Source: Phoronis australis (lineage: Eukaryota; Animalia; Phoronida). Taken from it: a DNA stretch of 64,000 nt. Under the pieces are notes generated by a model. That model was not told the origin of the DNA. It did not search any database and saw only the letters and a list, made by a program, of their open reading frames with translations. The DNA lies in the NCBI GenBank assembly GCA_002633005.1, contig NMRA01000623.1, forward strand, positions 62,001-126,000, given 5' to 3'. The number at the start of each line of letters is the position of its first letter. The first letter of the stretch is position 1. A program made the position numbers and the translations under genes. Positions 25,757 through 38,700 of this stretch are shown here, one piece after another.

Positions 25757-27611
25757 GCTGACTTACTGAAACAGAAGATGTAAGATTGATAACAAACAGC
25801 AGTCATGCAAAAATGATATTAACACAGCCAATAGATGGCACTCCTGTCACACAAAGAGGAAGCATGGAGAAATATCAATAGTCAAAAGATGGCACTCCCG
25901 TCACCGTGACACAATGAGGCTCTCTGTTTCCCTGCATGTCTGACGGGAGAAGGGGACACGCAGGTACCACTTAATTCTCCTCGGGAGAATTTTTACAGCA
26001 CTCAGTATTTCTGATTAGTTTCTGATCAACAGGTAGTGCTTTAAATGTAAACTAACTGGCATGGCTGATGGAAAAAGTGTAAATGGGGTCTGTTGTGCAG
26101 ACAAATCGGTGCTAAATTGGAATGTGTTCAAGAAAAGTATATTGGAAAGTTGTGCTTGTGCTTTTTCAGAGTGCATTTTTGTACTGTCGCTACGTTTGTT
26201 TACGTTGCTGTCCTGTATTCACACAGTATGAATAACAAACCAGTTAAATTGGCCAGATCTGTGTGCATTGTATGGAGAGAGAAAAGTTGGTTCACAAAGA
26301 CACTGACAAGGCTAAAAATCGTTCACAGACATTTTGTTTCTTTGTTCTAAAGCTAAACCGTGACTGCCAAGGTTACATCAACCAGTGATAAAACGTGTGC
26401 AGCTGAATGTCCCCTTCCCCCTTGCGGACACACACGGACCCAGTGAGACAAAGATGAAGCATGGAGAAATATCATTAGTCACCAGGTGGCACTCCCATCA
26501 CACTAGTATTCATAGCACATCAATGACAAATCCATGGTAATCTGCTGAAACTGTCATTCGGCTGGATAAATTTTCTGCGGTGTCTTTCCCCTTGTTTTTG
26601 CAAGGGGGGAGGGGTCAGATGACTATTTTCACATCATTGCATATATGAGTTCACATGAGTCTCCAGAATGTGGGTTGCTGTGCTAAACCATAGACTGCCT
26701 AATTTGGCGATGTTCATACTAGTAGTAATATAACACTGATAGTGGTCCTAGATACATATGATGGCTGTCAAGACTTGATTCCATGCGTTCATGCGTCAAA
26801 AAGTCACTGATAAGCCAAAGACCAAATGTTTTAGTGTGTTTTGATCTCAGATATCAAAAAGGTTCTAAAGAACTGGTTGTTCTCCCACTGTATGAGTTGG
26901 CAGGGATCAACACAGAAGGGTATTAGTAGTTTAAATACCCTCAAGTATTCCCGATCTCAATATTTTTCCCAACTGCTAAGGTATTGTGTTAGTTAGGATT
27001 TTGAAAATGAGATGCCCCCCACCAGACAAAATACCCTCGTGCCCAACTTGTTCCAGACTGGACTGTTCAGAATTTCGGGTCATGTCCACCCACCCACCTC
27101 TACAGCTTCAAGAATAATGAGTCAAAATTGTACTGTATCTAATCTCCTGCACTTTTGATGTTCCACTATAAACTAGCTTTGGAAGCACTTAATTCTCAGT
27201 TCATACTAACTCCAGTCCTAGGTGTGAGCAACACACATCTAACAAGATGCACATGATACGTCATCTTTGCTAATTATAGCAGATTAACACATTAACAATT
27301 AATACACAGGTATTGACCTACTGAGAGAACAACGCAGACAATATGTCCTCATCAAATCAATAATAGTAAGTACTCAGGGAAGGAAAGGATGTGCCGGTGC
27401 AAAGCGTACTAATTGTACCGTTGTAAACCAAACCTTCAGTTACTGGACACTAGCCATGATAGCCTATATGAAAATGATTTTCTGAAAGTTAGATTTATTG
27501 TATATACCAGTACTTATTTTCATTAAAACAGAAGTCATCAATGAACGAGACATACAGTCAAAGGACAATTGGACATTAATAAGTCATTTCCATCTGGATC
27601 CATTAATGACC

Positions 27612-29303
27612 AAACAAGAGCAACGCAGAGCATTGAAATGCGCCCACGAATGCACCGCTAACGGAGTGCTTATAGGGTTGTTTATTTGTTTCATAAAAAT
27701 AGCCACAAGAGGGCAAAAAAACATCTAATCCATCTGATAATGCGTCCACATATACATATGTGGGCGCATAAAAATGGGTACATGCCATCGCTTCTTTAAA
27801 AGAAAGCTATTTAGCAAATTTCATAAAAAATCTGTCAAGAAACTTCAGAGAAACAAAGGAAAACAAAAAATAATGAAATTGCCACTTTGGGACAGAGCCT
27901 TCATTGGATCCGCCTGAAAGACGTAATCTGTTGTTAGCTTAATATAAATACAATTACTAAATTTAATAAAGCTCCTGTAGTGAGTTTAGGAGATGCAGCT
28001 ATGGGCACAAAACAAAACAAAACTACCACTACTAGAAGGCGCTACAGTAGTCAAGTGCGTAATTGTCAACCGTCCTCTTCACACTGAGAACATATATCAA
28101 AGTCATCCTCAGAATGGTTTGGTTGATCGAGGGGTGGACGCCAAAAAACAAGACTCGAAAACATGAATAATGGCCACTAGGTGGTGCAAAGTTCCTCGAT
28201 TCCATCCCACAGCGGGAGGATAGCATCATCTCACCAATAAATGCCTATATTCCAAACTTTCTGATAATCTGTTGAGGACATTTGAAGATACAGAGGTAAG
28301 CCTAAAAAATGAAAATTGCCACACTGGTTGTCAGATCCGTCTGAAAGTTGTTGTCATCCGTTGTTAACATCATATAAATACACTTGCTAAATTTAGCAAA
28401 GATGCTGTAAACCATTTAGGAGATACAGCCATGGCACAAAAAAAAAACTGCCACTAGGAGGCACCACAGTAGTCGAAGTCATTGATAAATCATCGTCAGC
28501 TTCGTAGTAAGAACATACATGCCAATTTTCACAATCATCCTTAGTGAGGCTTGGTTGATAGAGGGGTGGACACCAAAAAACAGACTAAAAACAGTAAAAA
28601 TGGCCACTAGGTGGCACAAACTACGTCAAATTCATCCGAAAATGGGAGGATACCTTTATCTCACTAATAGGTGCCTATATTTCAAACTTTCTGATAATCC
28701 ATAGAGGACCTTTGAAAATACAGAGGGGAGCACACCGGTAGTCAGATCTGTTCGAAAGTTGTCATCCCTTGTCAACATCATATAAATACGATTGCAGAAT
28801 TTAGTAAAGATTATGTAAACGGTTTAGGAGATACAGCCATGGGTGCAAAGAGACAAAACTGTCACTAGGAGGCACCACAGTAGTCAAAATTATTGGAAAA
28901 TCATCGTCAGCCGTCCTCTTCAAAATAAGAACATACATGCCAATTTCCACAATCATCCGTGGACTGGTTTGGTTGATAGAGGAGTGGATGCCAAAAAACA
29001 GACTCGAAAACAGCAAAAAAATGGCCAGTAGGAGGCGCAAACTACGTCGAATTCATCCGAAAACGGAAGGATAGCGTCGGATGCCTATATGCCAAATTTT
29101 ATGAAAATACGTTTAGGACCTTTGAAGATATAGAGGTAAGCGAAAAAAATAAAATTGCCACTAGGAAGCACACCGGTACTCGGATCCATTCGAAAGTTAA
29201 CTCATGCCGTCCCATCCATGATAGGAACATGTGTGCAAAATTACATGAACGTACGTCAAAGCATTTTGGAGATAGAGCAGCGGACGCCGGGCGCATAAAA
29301 AAG
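27612..29303 (+). mobile_element. HINE/DINE-like (Helentron-associated) non-autonomous element(s) with internal ~110-nt tandem subunits
   Basis: Starts aaacaagagc...ttgaaatgcgcccac. A hairpin tgcgtccacata-taca-tatgtgggcgcataaaaa lies at about 27741-27774. Subunits aaaattgccactaggNggc...aaattt...ggagata follow, ending gggcgcataaaaaa at about 29303. Confidence 0.6.
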
Positions 29304-32300
29304 AAGTCCGACAAATTGTAGAGTATACGATAAATTTAATGGTTTCATAGTAACTTATACCTGCATGTCATATTAGCTGGTAGATTATTGCTATGGTATC
29401 ACCACAGCTCTGTATCATTAAGTCCATGTGAGGACGAGACTTAATAGTAACTAATTAGTAACTATTAAGTCTCGTCCACACATGGATTTATCTCTATACA
29501 CAACTTGTTCTAGTGCAATATATAGCCCCACTTTAAGTAGAGTATACACACGCATCGCACATACCCGGTATGTCCTATAACTATAGCACAAGGCAGAAGT
29601 TGTCGCTCTATGCATGAAAATGAACAGCTGATGTGAATATGGCAGGCAAAGAAGACCCGGCACGCAAAAGAAAACTCGATAATTACTTCCGCCTTGCCCC
29701 CGGTTTGCGGCAAGTAGAAATGGCGCAAGTTACTCTAGAACAAATTACCCTACCTGGATAAGGTGGAGTACCTTGTCAAAAGTGGGGCAAGTTGCACCAG
29801 TTTAATTATTCATTTGGCACAGTGGTGTCACACATTCCTGTGTTGAGATGTCAACAGCTCACTTAATTGATGAGGCCAACTCACCAGGACAAGCAAAGCT
29901 GAGTCTGCAAACTGCACCTGGACAGACAAAAGCTAACAGTGATAACTTTCAGGACAGTTACACTGTAGGCTGTTTACCTTTGAAGGTAATGACTCACTAC
30001 ACTCCATGACATACCATTGGAGAGTAGGTTGAGTTGCGTATGGCAACAGTGTGAATCAGCTCAGTGGCATTACTTTATAGACCAGCAGGAATTTAAATGA
30101 AAACCAGACATTTTGAGTTGATAAACAGAAACCAGTAGTTTAGATCTTCGTTCCAGTTCCATCTCCATGACTATGTCTATGAAGGTGACACAGAATACAT
30201 CACAACTCAGCTTTATTTTGAAATTGTCATAAAAAATCTACAGTTTTGTAATGATCCTGAAGAAAATCCTGGAATGTGAGAACTTCACCAAAGTCCTGAT
30301 GTCAATGACACTGGAAGATCAAATCATGCATAAATATCAGATCAAATTCTGCTACTAAGTTTATATTCCAATGAATTGTAAGGCCAATATTTCGTGCTCT
30401 CATTAATTAAGCAGACTTTATGGCATAAATTTATTTAGTCAAATTTCTCAATAAAAATAATTGTTTGGAATAACCTGGCTCTCCCCTAATCAGTATGGTT
30501 TGCACAGTACTCAGACAGGTGAAATTGCGCATTAATAGGAATAGTTGAATTTTAATAATTAATGAGCCCTTCAAACTTGCAATTTTAGCAACTGTTTGGT
30601 TGAAATTGCAAATACAAATGTACAGTCAAGCATGCATCCACTTATAACAAGAAAGACAATTTGACCTGTCAACCCAGTATTTATAGACAAATGGAAACTT
30701 TTGTTTGTAAAAGACATGCAGTTGACTCTCCACCAACAGGACAAGTCAGTCTCCTCAATAAGAAGACTAGTATAACCATACACTCAAACTCACTGTGGAT
30801 ACAAGAAGTTGTCAGACTAACTATTTATGTCTACACTTTGGCAACAGATACTAACATAGCAATTAACAGTTGTTTTACAGTAATCCAAGCATTTGAGTAA
30901 AGCAACTAAATGGAATTGCCCTTCTGTTGATATCAAAGCATTTTCTTTTAGTTCTAAATTTCAAAACAATGATCTGTCAACTGTTCGCCACTTCGTCAAC
31001 TTTTCTCCCACGAGGCAAAGCATGTTTCCTTATTTGGTATGGCAAGACATAGATGTAGCACTTTTCCCTTACTAGTACCGGTATATGGAAAATGTGACCT
31101 TTGATCTCAAGTGACTTCAAGCAACTGCCGGAGTGTGAGTGCATGCATACATTTATCATAAGTGGGAGGGATATTAGAAACTCTGTGGTAACCATAGCGT
31201 TTTTCCTTTTCATGTAATTAAAAATTGGAAAATCTGTGATTTTAGAAATTTCTTCAAAGGGAAACTGAATTAATACGTTCAAATCAAATGGCTTCCTCTG
31301 TGGAAAACACACAGTTATTTTAACTATAGTGAATTTCATGTGGCACTGTTGTCATTTTCCAAATGAATTATGGAACAGCTGTCAGCTCATAAACATCTGG
31401 TGACATCAAAGGAAATTGACTTGTAAACAAAATGAAACATCGGGGTTGACTGCAACAAGTGGAACTGAACAACCACCACAAATACAAAAATCGAAGACAG
31501 CTACAAATGCATGGAGCACTTTTAAAACTTTTAGCAAATCTTTTCTGTGCCATGTTCGTTGTTGAATATCTCCTGAAATCTCATTACTTTTCATGAAAAA
31601 TGCGAGTATGGGGTGCAGCCGTTCATTAATCGAGCTGGGAAATTCGTATATCGCTATTTTATTTTACTAAATAGTAAGAGCTTTGAAAAGGGACCCCTTT
31701 AAGTGACTATTACCTGCCTCGAAAAGTATTCATAGCAATGTGAATTTGGTGGCATAATTTGCAGATATTCCTTCAGGCATAACATCGCAAATTAGGATGA
31801 GATACCGCTTCACCCCAACTATATGACAGATCATTTTAGTCAATTTCAACGCAAGTCAAGGCCTACATATAAATATGCAGCTTTGCACCAAAATGGGTAA
31901 AAAATGGCCAAATAAAATCTGACAGAAACATAAAGTCATTAAAAATTATACTCTTCCTTTAAGTAAACTAAATTAGTTACCGCTGATAAATAATGCCGTA
32001 AGAACTATCGTTATTCTGCTATTAAAGTTGTAGAGCAACATCTTATTGGCCAATTTCCTTTTTCATGGAATCTTGGCAATCAACTGTTATTGTGCCACAC
32101 CTGGTGTACATGTGAAACCAAATTATTAATTATAGGATTTGGTTTTACTTGTGATAAGTTTTTAGCATCTTAACACCACCACACCGAAATTCTGAGCAAA
32201 ATGTTCTTTGGCACAGCGGTGTCATCATCCCCCAAATGATATGTCACAAAAATATTAACGAATGACACGTGTGTGTACCACAACCATTTCTAGTCTGGGA

Positions 32301-32564
32301 CAGATTTTCCAATGTGACATGTCAACAAATTATTAAAATGACATATTGACGTAGATTTAACTTTTTTTCTATATCATGATAATAGTCAAGGAGATCGAAT
32401 GTCACTCAACTCCCAAATTTTGCACATACTCCCATCAGTCGTTAGATCTATGTACTCGTTAATACAAGTTTTACAATGTAGTGACAAGCAGCACTACTAC
32501 GGCGGGTAGGTGGATTATCGAGGTCCTGACGGCTGTGGTGTGAAGCTAAACATACGGGGTTCCT

Positions 32565-32800
32565 TGTCTTACCTGTATTTTGACATATTAGCAGCTGGGT
32601 ACGTGTTTAGCCAATGCCATGCCATTTGTATGAGGAGCCAAGTTACTGGGATATAGCTGCCACTGCTGACAATATTCTCCAGGAACATTCTAGTAGCTGG
32701 AAATTAGCCTGCCCCAGATACCGGCCGACACTGTTGTGTTGATGGTTGCAGTAAAAAATTCTCAGCTCAGGTAGCCGAGTCGCGCGGTGACCTACATTTG
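32565..32800 (-). promoter_or_regulatory. Candidate non-coding first exon of calpain-5 ending at a consensus donor
   Basis: The calpain ATG exon begins at an acceptor (tttcAG, 25766-25767) 9 nt before ATG, so an upstream exon is expected. A near-perfect CAG|GTAAGA donor lies at 32573/32572, next to a locally GC-richer region. Its 5' limit is a guess. Confidence 0.33.
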
Positions 32801-35746
32801 GATTTGAAAATTTCTTCTCTCATGACTGCAAACACCAAGTACAGTACATCAACAATCACTTTATGAAATACAATAGTACCTGTTGCAAACAGAAGAGTAT
32901 TTCCCACAAAACTACAGTGTTTTTCGCTATTTTGCACAAAACCGGTTTGTCCAGCCAGCCGCCCAGTCAATGTGAACTGCTGCTAGGTAGCGCTGCAAGT
33001 TCAAACTGGTTTTCTGTCTGACCGCTAGGAGGTCTAGCCAAGGAGTCTTCTGAATGAACTATTTTACTAGCTCAAAATATATAGATAGCATTTCAAAAGG
33101 TGTTTTCCAACAGTGGCGGATCTAGGATATCACAAGGGGGTCCAACATTTTGTCTGTAAACATTTGCGCAAAGCACGATTGTAGATGCGAATAGCACGGA
33201 ATGGGGGGAGGTCGGGAGGGGGGGCGGCTTGCCCCCGGCGGCCTAGGAAAATTTTGTTTTTTCCTCCAAAAAATCAAGCATTTTCCTTGTTTGACGAAGT
33301 ATTATCCAAGAAATGGAATAGGGGAGGTCGGGACGGGGGGAGGGTTGACCCGGCGTTTAGAGCGCGCGTGCTTTACCACGAATTTCACTCGTAAAATGTT
33401 GGTACTAAGGGACCTACTTGTTTATGGTCCACCGTTTGCGCGCGAAACCTACTTCTTTTTGTAATGTTTGTTACACTTTTTATATTTTGTGCAATCATTT
33501 CGTAACAAATTTGTTGTATTTAAAATAGTCTTCAATTGCCCAAAAGACCAAATCCGTTATTTTAAGTTAAGTTGGCGATTGTCCCCAGACGGCGGTCCAC
33601 GCGGTCAACTTAGTCCGGCAGCCTGCGGGATCTGCGCTGCCGAAGCCGCGGACCGCGGCTGCAGGTCTGTCCCCTGCGTATATGTGCGAAATTTTCTAAG
33701 TTTCGAGAAATGTGTCGGTTATTGGCCATTTGTGTCGGTTTCAAGCTCAGAGACGTTGGCGGTCGTGATGCCGACTAAGTGTCGGCATATAGCTCCCAAG
33801 ATGGCATCTGAAGCGGTCCACATATAAGGCCAGATCGGCTGCCCTGCGGCAACCGTACTATAGCGGCAGTCGGGGACTGCATGGTCACAGGTATCCATTA
33901 CCCCAGGGTTGGCGGAGGACTAACTGGGAAGTTCGCGCCGGCTGTCCCGCTGCCGGAAAGTGCCGATCCAGCCGGTGATCGTAGTGTGAGGATCAGCAAG
34001 TTTCTGCGGGTTTTCGTCGCGAAACGAAATGTGTCGATTTCACCGTCAAAACCGACACATTTTAAAATGCGCGTTTTCACTTTACCCCGATCGCGCCATA
34101 TATCATTTTAATAACGACGTAAATTAATTATTTGTGGCGTACTTTTAACGGTGTAAATTAGTTCTTTGCGTAAATTAATTTACAGCGTAAATCAAAGTTA
34201 ATTTGTGCTCGTAATTTCCCTGCGTAACGTTCACCCATTTGGATAACCGTTAAGGGGCAGACGGCAGACCGGTGCGGGGTCGCATGTGAAACTGGTGCCG
34301 CTTTGATGGGTGGGCCGGGTCACAGTTTTAATGTAGCTTAAGTCATGGTGCAATATGGGACGTAGACGAAGTACAACACTTTTTCCTTTTTTACCGAATG
34401 TTTCGATCATAGTTTGGACACAGCTTTAAGAATATATCGTCTCAACACGCTGGCCATGCAGCAGCGCTTTTTTGTTGCACAATTTGACAAACCGCGAATC
34501 ATTATATACATTGACAGTCCAGAAACACCTCACCGCCAATAATTCGCACACATGCATGTCCCCCGGACTACGCGTTTATTGTCTGAGATAAGGTATAGGT
34601 TATTAGATACATGACTTGAACAACGGCCAAATCCTTAGGAGGCACAGAACAGTTCTCACAGGGGTTTGCCTGTCAGAACACACGTCAATGCACTCTTCAC
34701 CCTTTCTTCACTTTGTCAAAAACTACATGCAAATAAGGAAATGTTTTGAGTCATTTCACATCACAAGCCCTACAGATGAGCACAGAAACTTTATTCTCTC
34801 TTGTATTTTTGACCCATTCACCCCCCGTGGAAACCAAGACGAACTAAGAAAAATGAGGGCAAAAAATGCAAAATCGGCACTTTTCACCCCAAAATCACCA
34901 CTTTCCTGCCGATGCTCGACTAATGCCAATATTAGATTCCGAAAGCAAATTTCCTACCAATTTCAAAAATGTGGTCCAAAAGTACTGTCAACAACTAGTT
35001 TTTTTGCAAATCTGGCTTGTTTGAGAGCTACCTGAAATCGCGGCCAGTTTCTCAGTTGCTGCACAGCAATGCACAACTGCAACAGGGGGCCACCATCTTG
35101 AAGAAGAGTGCAGCTACAGCCGAGAAACTGGCCTTTTTTCATTCCCAGCATGTTCACAAATACAAAAAAAACACATTCACTTGGCCTACACACAATACCT
35201 AATTGAAAAATGCCCCCAAGCCTGGCCTAGCCCTAGATTTTAACATTTTGGAAAAGAATAGTCATTTTCATTTAGTTCGGCCACCCATCACAAAATCGAG
35301 TCATTAAATAAGACATATTGACCTTTTTGTTTTCTATGGTTACATTGGTGTCTTACCAAATAAACCATTAAATTCTTGTTTTAAGTCAGTTTGAAGTTGA
35401 CCATTTCATTCCATCAAAGCAATATAATTACTGATAAAAGGAGAGGTACATTCATACCAGAGCAATAAAATAACAAAACATAGACACAGAACACATCGTT
35501 ATTATACTGCAAAATCTTACACAAACCAAATATATAACACTACGTCTGCAATGGTGCGTTGATATCTGGGAAATTGTTCCCAGCATAATAGTCCTCAGTG
35601 GGTGTCGAGTTCAATACCCTGGCCACAAACCCCTCTGGTTAAAAATTCAACATCAAAAACAACGGCGAAATGCCCCTTTAATTGTATTCCGGCACTCTCA
35701 AATCAGCGCTCCCCATGCTCAAAGATGTGGTACAGCGCTTGTGTTT

Positions 35747-38700
35747 TCAGCTTTGAGGCACTTTGATCACAACTGACTTTTCCTCTAGGTATTCTCGTAA
35801 CCCGTTTTCGCCACTGAAACGAAAATAATCACTGAGGATAACGTCATCATCATTCGACGCCGTCGCTGACGTCACCGTCGCCGCTGCCGTCGTTTATAAA
35901 ATTCGTTGCCATTAGCAAGTTCATAACACGAACCTATATTTTGATGACTTTAACTTGAGACCTAAAATGTATTTTACCAATTTAAGGTTAATTCACAGTG
36001 AAAGGAGCAATAAATTTTTGAAGACTTACAGTTCTCGGCCGATACCAGACATCTTAAAGCCGCCAAACGGCGCAGTTATGTTTATTTGATCGTAGGTGTT
36101 CACCCTAAAAAGGAATCAAGAAGTTGTAAAAATCTCAATGAAATTAAAAATGTGAAGACAATTATAAATTAAAGATGTAAACGGGGGGAACAACAAAGAA
36201 GATTGTAGCAGCTTAAAACTATGAATTAAACATGAGTTACACTTTATATAGTCTATACAACTCATATATGAGCTATACTTTATGTAGTCTAGGCAGCTCA
36301 TATATGAGCTACGCACCGAAATACATACCACACATAGCCTGCTTCCAGATTGTTAGACATGATGATTGCAGTGTTGAGGTTGGATGTCATTACTCCGGCG
36401 GCCAATCCGTACGGGGTGTCGTTGGCACGCTCTATGACCTCATCAATAGTCTTGAACTTGAAGATCTGCATACAGGGCCCAAAAATCTATAACACGCCAG
36501 AACTAAGTTAGGGTGAAATAAAGAAAAACATGTTATCATGATCTAGAAAGAGCTATAAATACAATTTTCAGGTTGCCACCGTTTTTAGGATAACTAAATG
36601 AAAGACAAGATGGCGATATTCTAAACACGAAAGAAGCACACAGAGACCTTAACATGCACTAAATACAAGAAAAGTTGGTTCAAGTCGGATATGAACCGGT
36701 CCTGCCTGGTCACCTCCTTTTTTCAATGTGTATTACATGTTTTGCAGGCCGGAAGCCTATATTACAAAATATAAAAATATAACCATGCCCTGAACCACAC
36801 CATGACTTATAGATATAGACCAATCAAAATAGAATAAGTCATGCTCGGGGTCAGTTATATTAGATAGCACCAGGAAGAGATAGCACCCATGTCCTCCAGT
36901 AGGTTTTAATAAAATATCAAAACTTGATGCTTTTAGAGCAGATTTCATTAGAAATAACTCAATTTCCATGGCTCCATATTTATTTGAATCATTTGAAAAA
37001 CCAATTTCAGATGGCGAAATTTGCAGGGTTGGATTCGGGATTTTGAGTTAGGGGGGGCCAGGGCAGAGTATTAGGCAGAATTTTGCCAGTCAGACATTCG
37101 CACTCCCGAACTGCCAAATGGAATCTGGGAGAGTTTTAGGGGGTGGGCATGGCCCCCTTGTCCCCCTCCCTTAAATCCGCCACTGATATGGTTCGGAAAA
37201 AACTCCTGTAAAACACGTACAGACCGCTGTGATTCAACCCGAGGTGTGATACACTAGACATATTTCTTGATATATGATTTGACCAGAGTCAGTAAATCGT
37301 GACATTGGGTTCAACGCTTCGCCTCGGTGATAATCACATATTCGGGTCTGAAAACTACCAGTTGACTTCCATGAAAGTCAATAATTGTGTTATATCATGC
37401 TCGACCATGCAGTTGACTGATTACGATGATTTACTAGTGCTACCACATTAGACTAGAATTGAGGTCGGAAACGTCGAAGAAGAGACATTAACAAACCATA
37501 ATATGATACAGGGTGTCCGAAAATATACTGACTCGCGATTCAAATGAGAATTACTGCAATGTATATCGACTTTGGAAATAGATTACTGGTTTAAATTCAT
37601 AAAGAGGTGGAACTTTTGCTAATTCCTTATCTGTGATTGATTGGTGTTCTAACTTGGTGGTCGGACCTCAAAACTAGCTGGCCGAACAAATCGCCAATTT
37701 TGAACAATAAAAACAAACGAGAACGAAACATAAACACTAAATGTCACTTAAATCCTTTCAAAGCGGGTCTCGATTAAGGCTGTCTTGTTTGATCACCGGC
37801 CAACTGGTTATAGCACCGGCCATCGTGTTTTGGGTCCAACCAACAAGTTTTTTGGGTGAGGTCCATGCGCGCACCCAGCCTTCAATCATGATTGGGGGCT
37901 CGAATTCCTGACGCTGTGGACATTTTGCTAACAAAAGAGCGGGCGGACTCTAAAAAAAAGGAAAAAAAAACGGGAGCACCACTGTGAAGTGCGCGTTTGC
38001 GCTTATTTAGTGGACATTTGTCCCATTTTCATGGACTTTTTGTCTCTGAGGGGCGGGCCAAATGGGGGGGGCTCGTTCGAGCCCTCCGACCCCCCCCCCT
38101 CCCCTGGGTTCGCGCATGAGGCCATCGCGTTTTGAAGCCCGGACAACACGTTTGATTACCGACCATTTGGTTTGCAGTCCAGCTGACTGGTTTTCAAGTC
38201 CGGGCAAGTGGTTCTGAAGTCCGACAAATTGTTGATTCACCCTTCATCAGTTGTAACTGGCCGCCTGTATGACTGAATTTCGCACAAGGGCAAATGGCCG
38301 TATGACTGAATTTCGCGCGTACGAAAATAACGTTCACCTCCAATACCCGAGGTGTTCCAGAGAGCATGGAGCCTGGCGCTGAAGTAAGAGGGAGTACCGA
38401 TATGCATAAAGCTGACAGGGGGGCAGCTAAGTTGCCAGCACATTCAGTTCATAATTTTAACAACTCTAGTTGATTCTTTGGAAAGATTGTACCTCTTCTT
38501 TAGCAATACGCATGTCATCGCGAACGTTGCTGAAGATAGTGGGCTCAACAAAGTACCCTTTATCACCATGACGACTACCCCCACACTCCAGCTTCGCCCC
38601 CTGTTGTTTGCCACTGGCGATGAGCTCACAAACTTTTTCAAACTGGTCAGCATCCACCTAAAAGGATTTATTTTGGAGGAAACCACTTGACTAAATACAA

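Noticed and set aside
33185-35202. GC-rich ORFs between calpain and ALDH
   Set aside because: They lie in MITE-like or GC-rich repeat patches, with no protein motifs or transposase signature.
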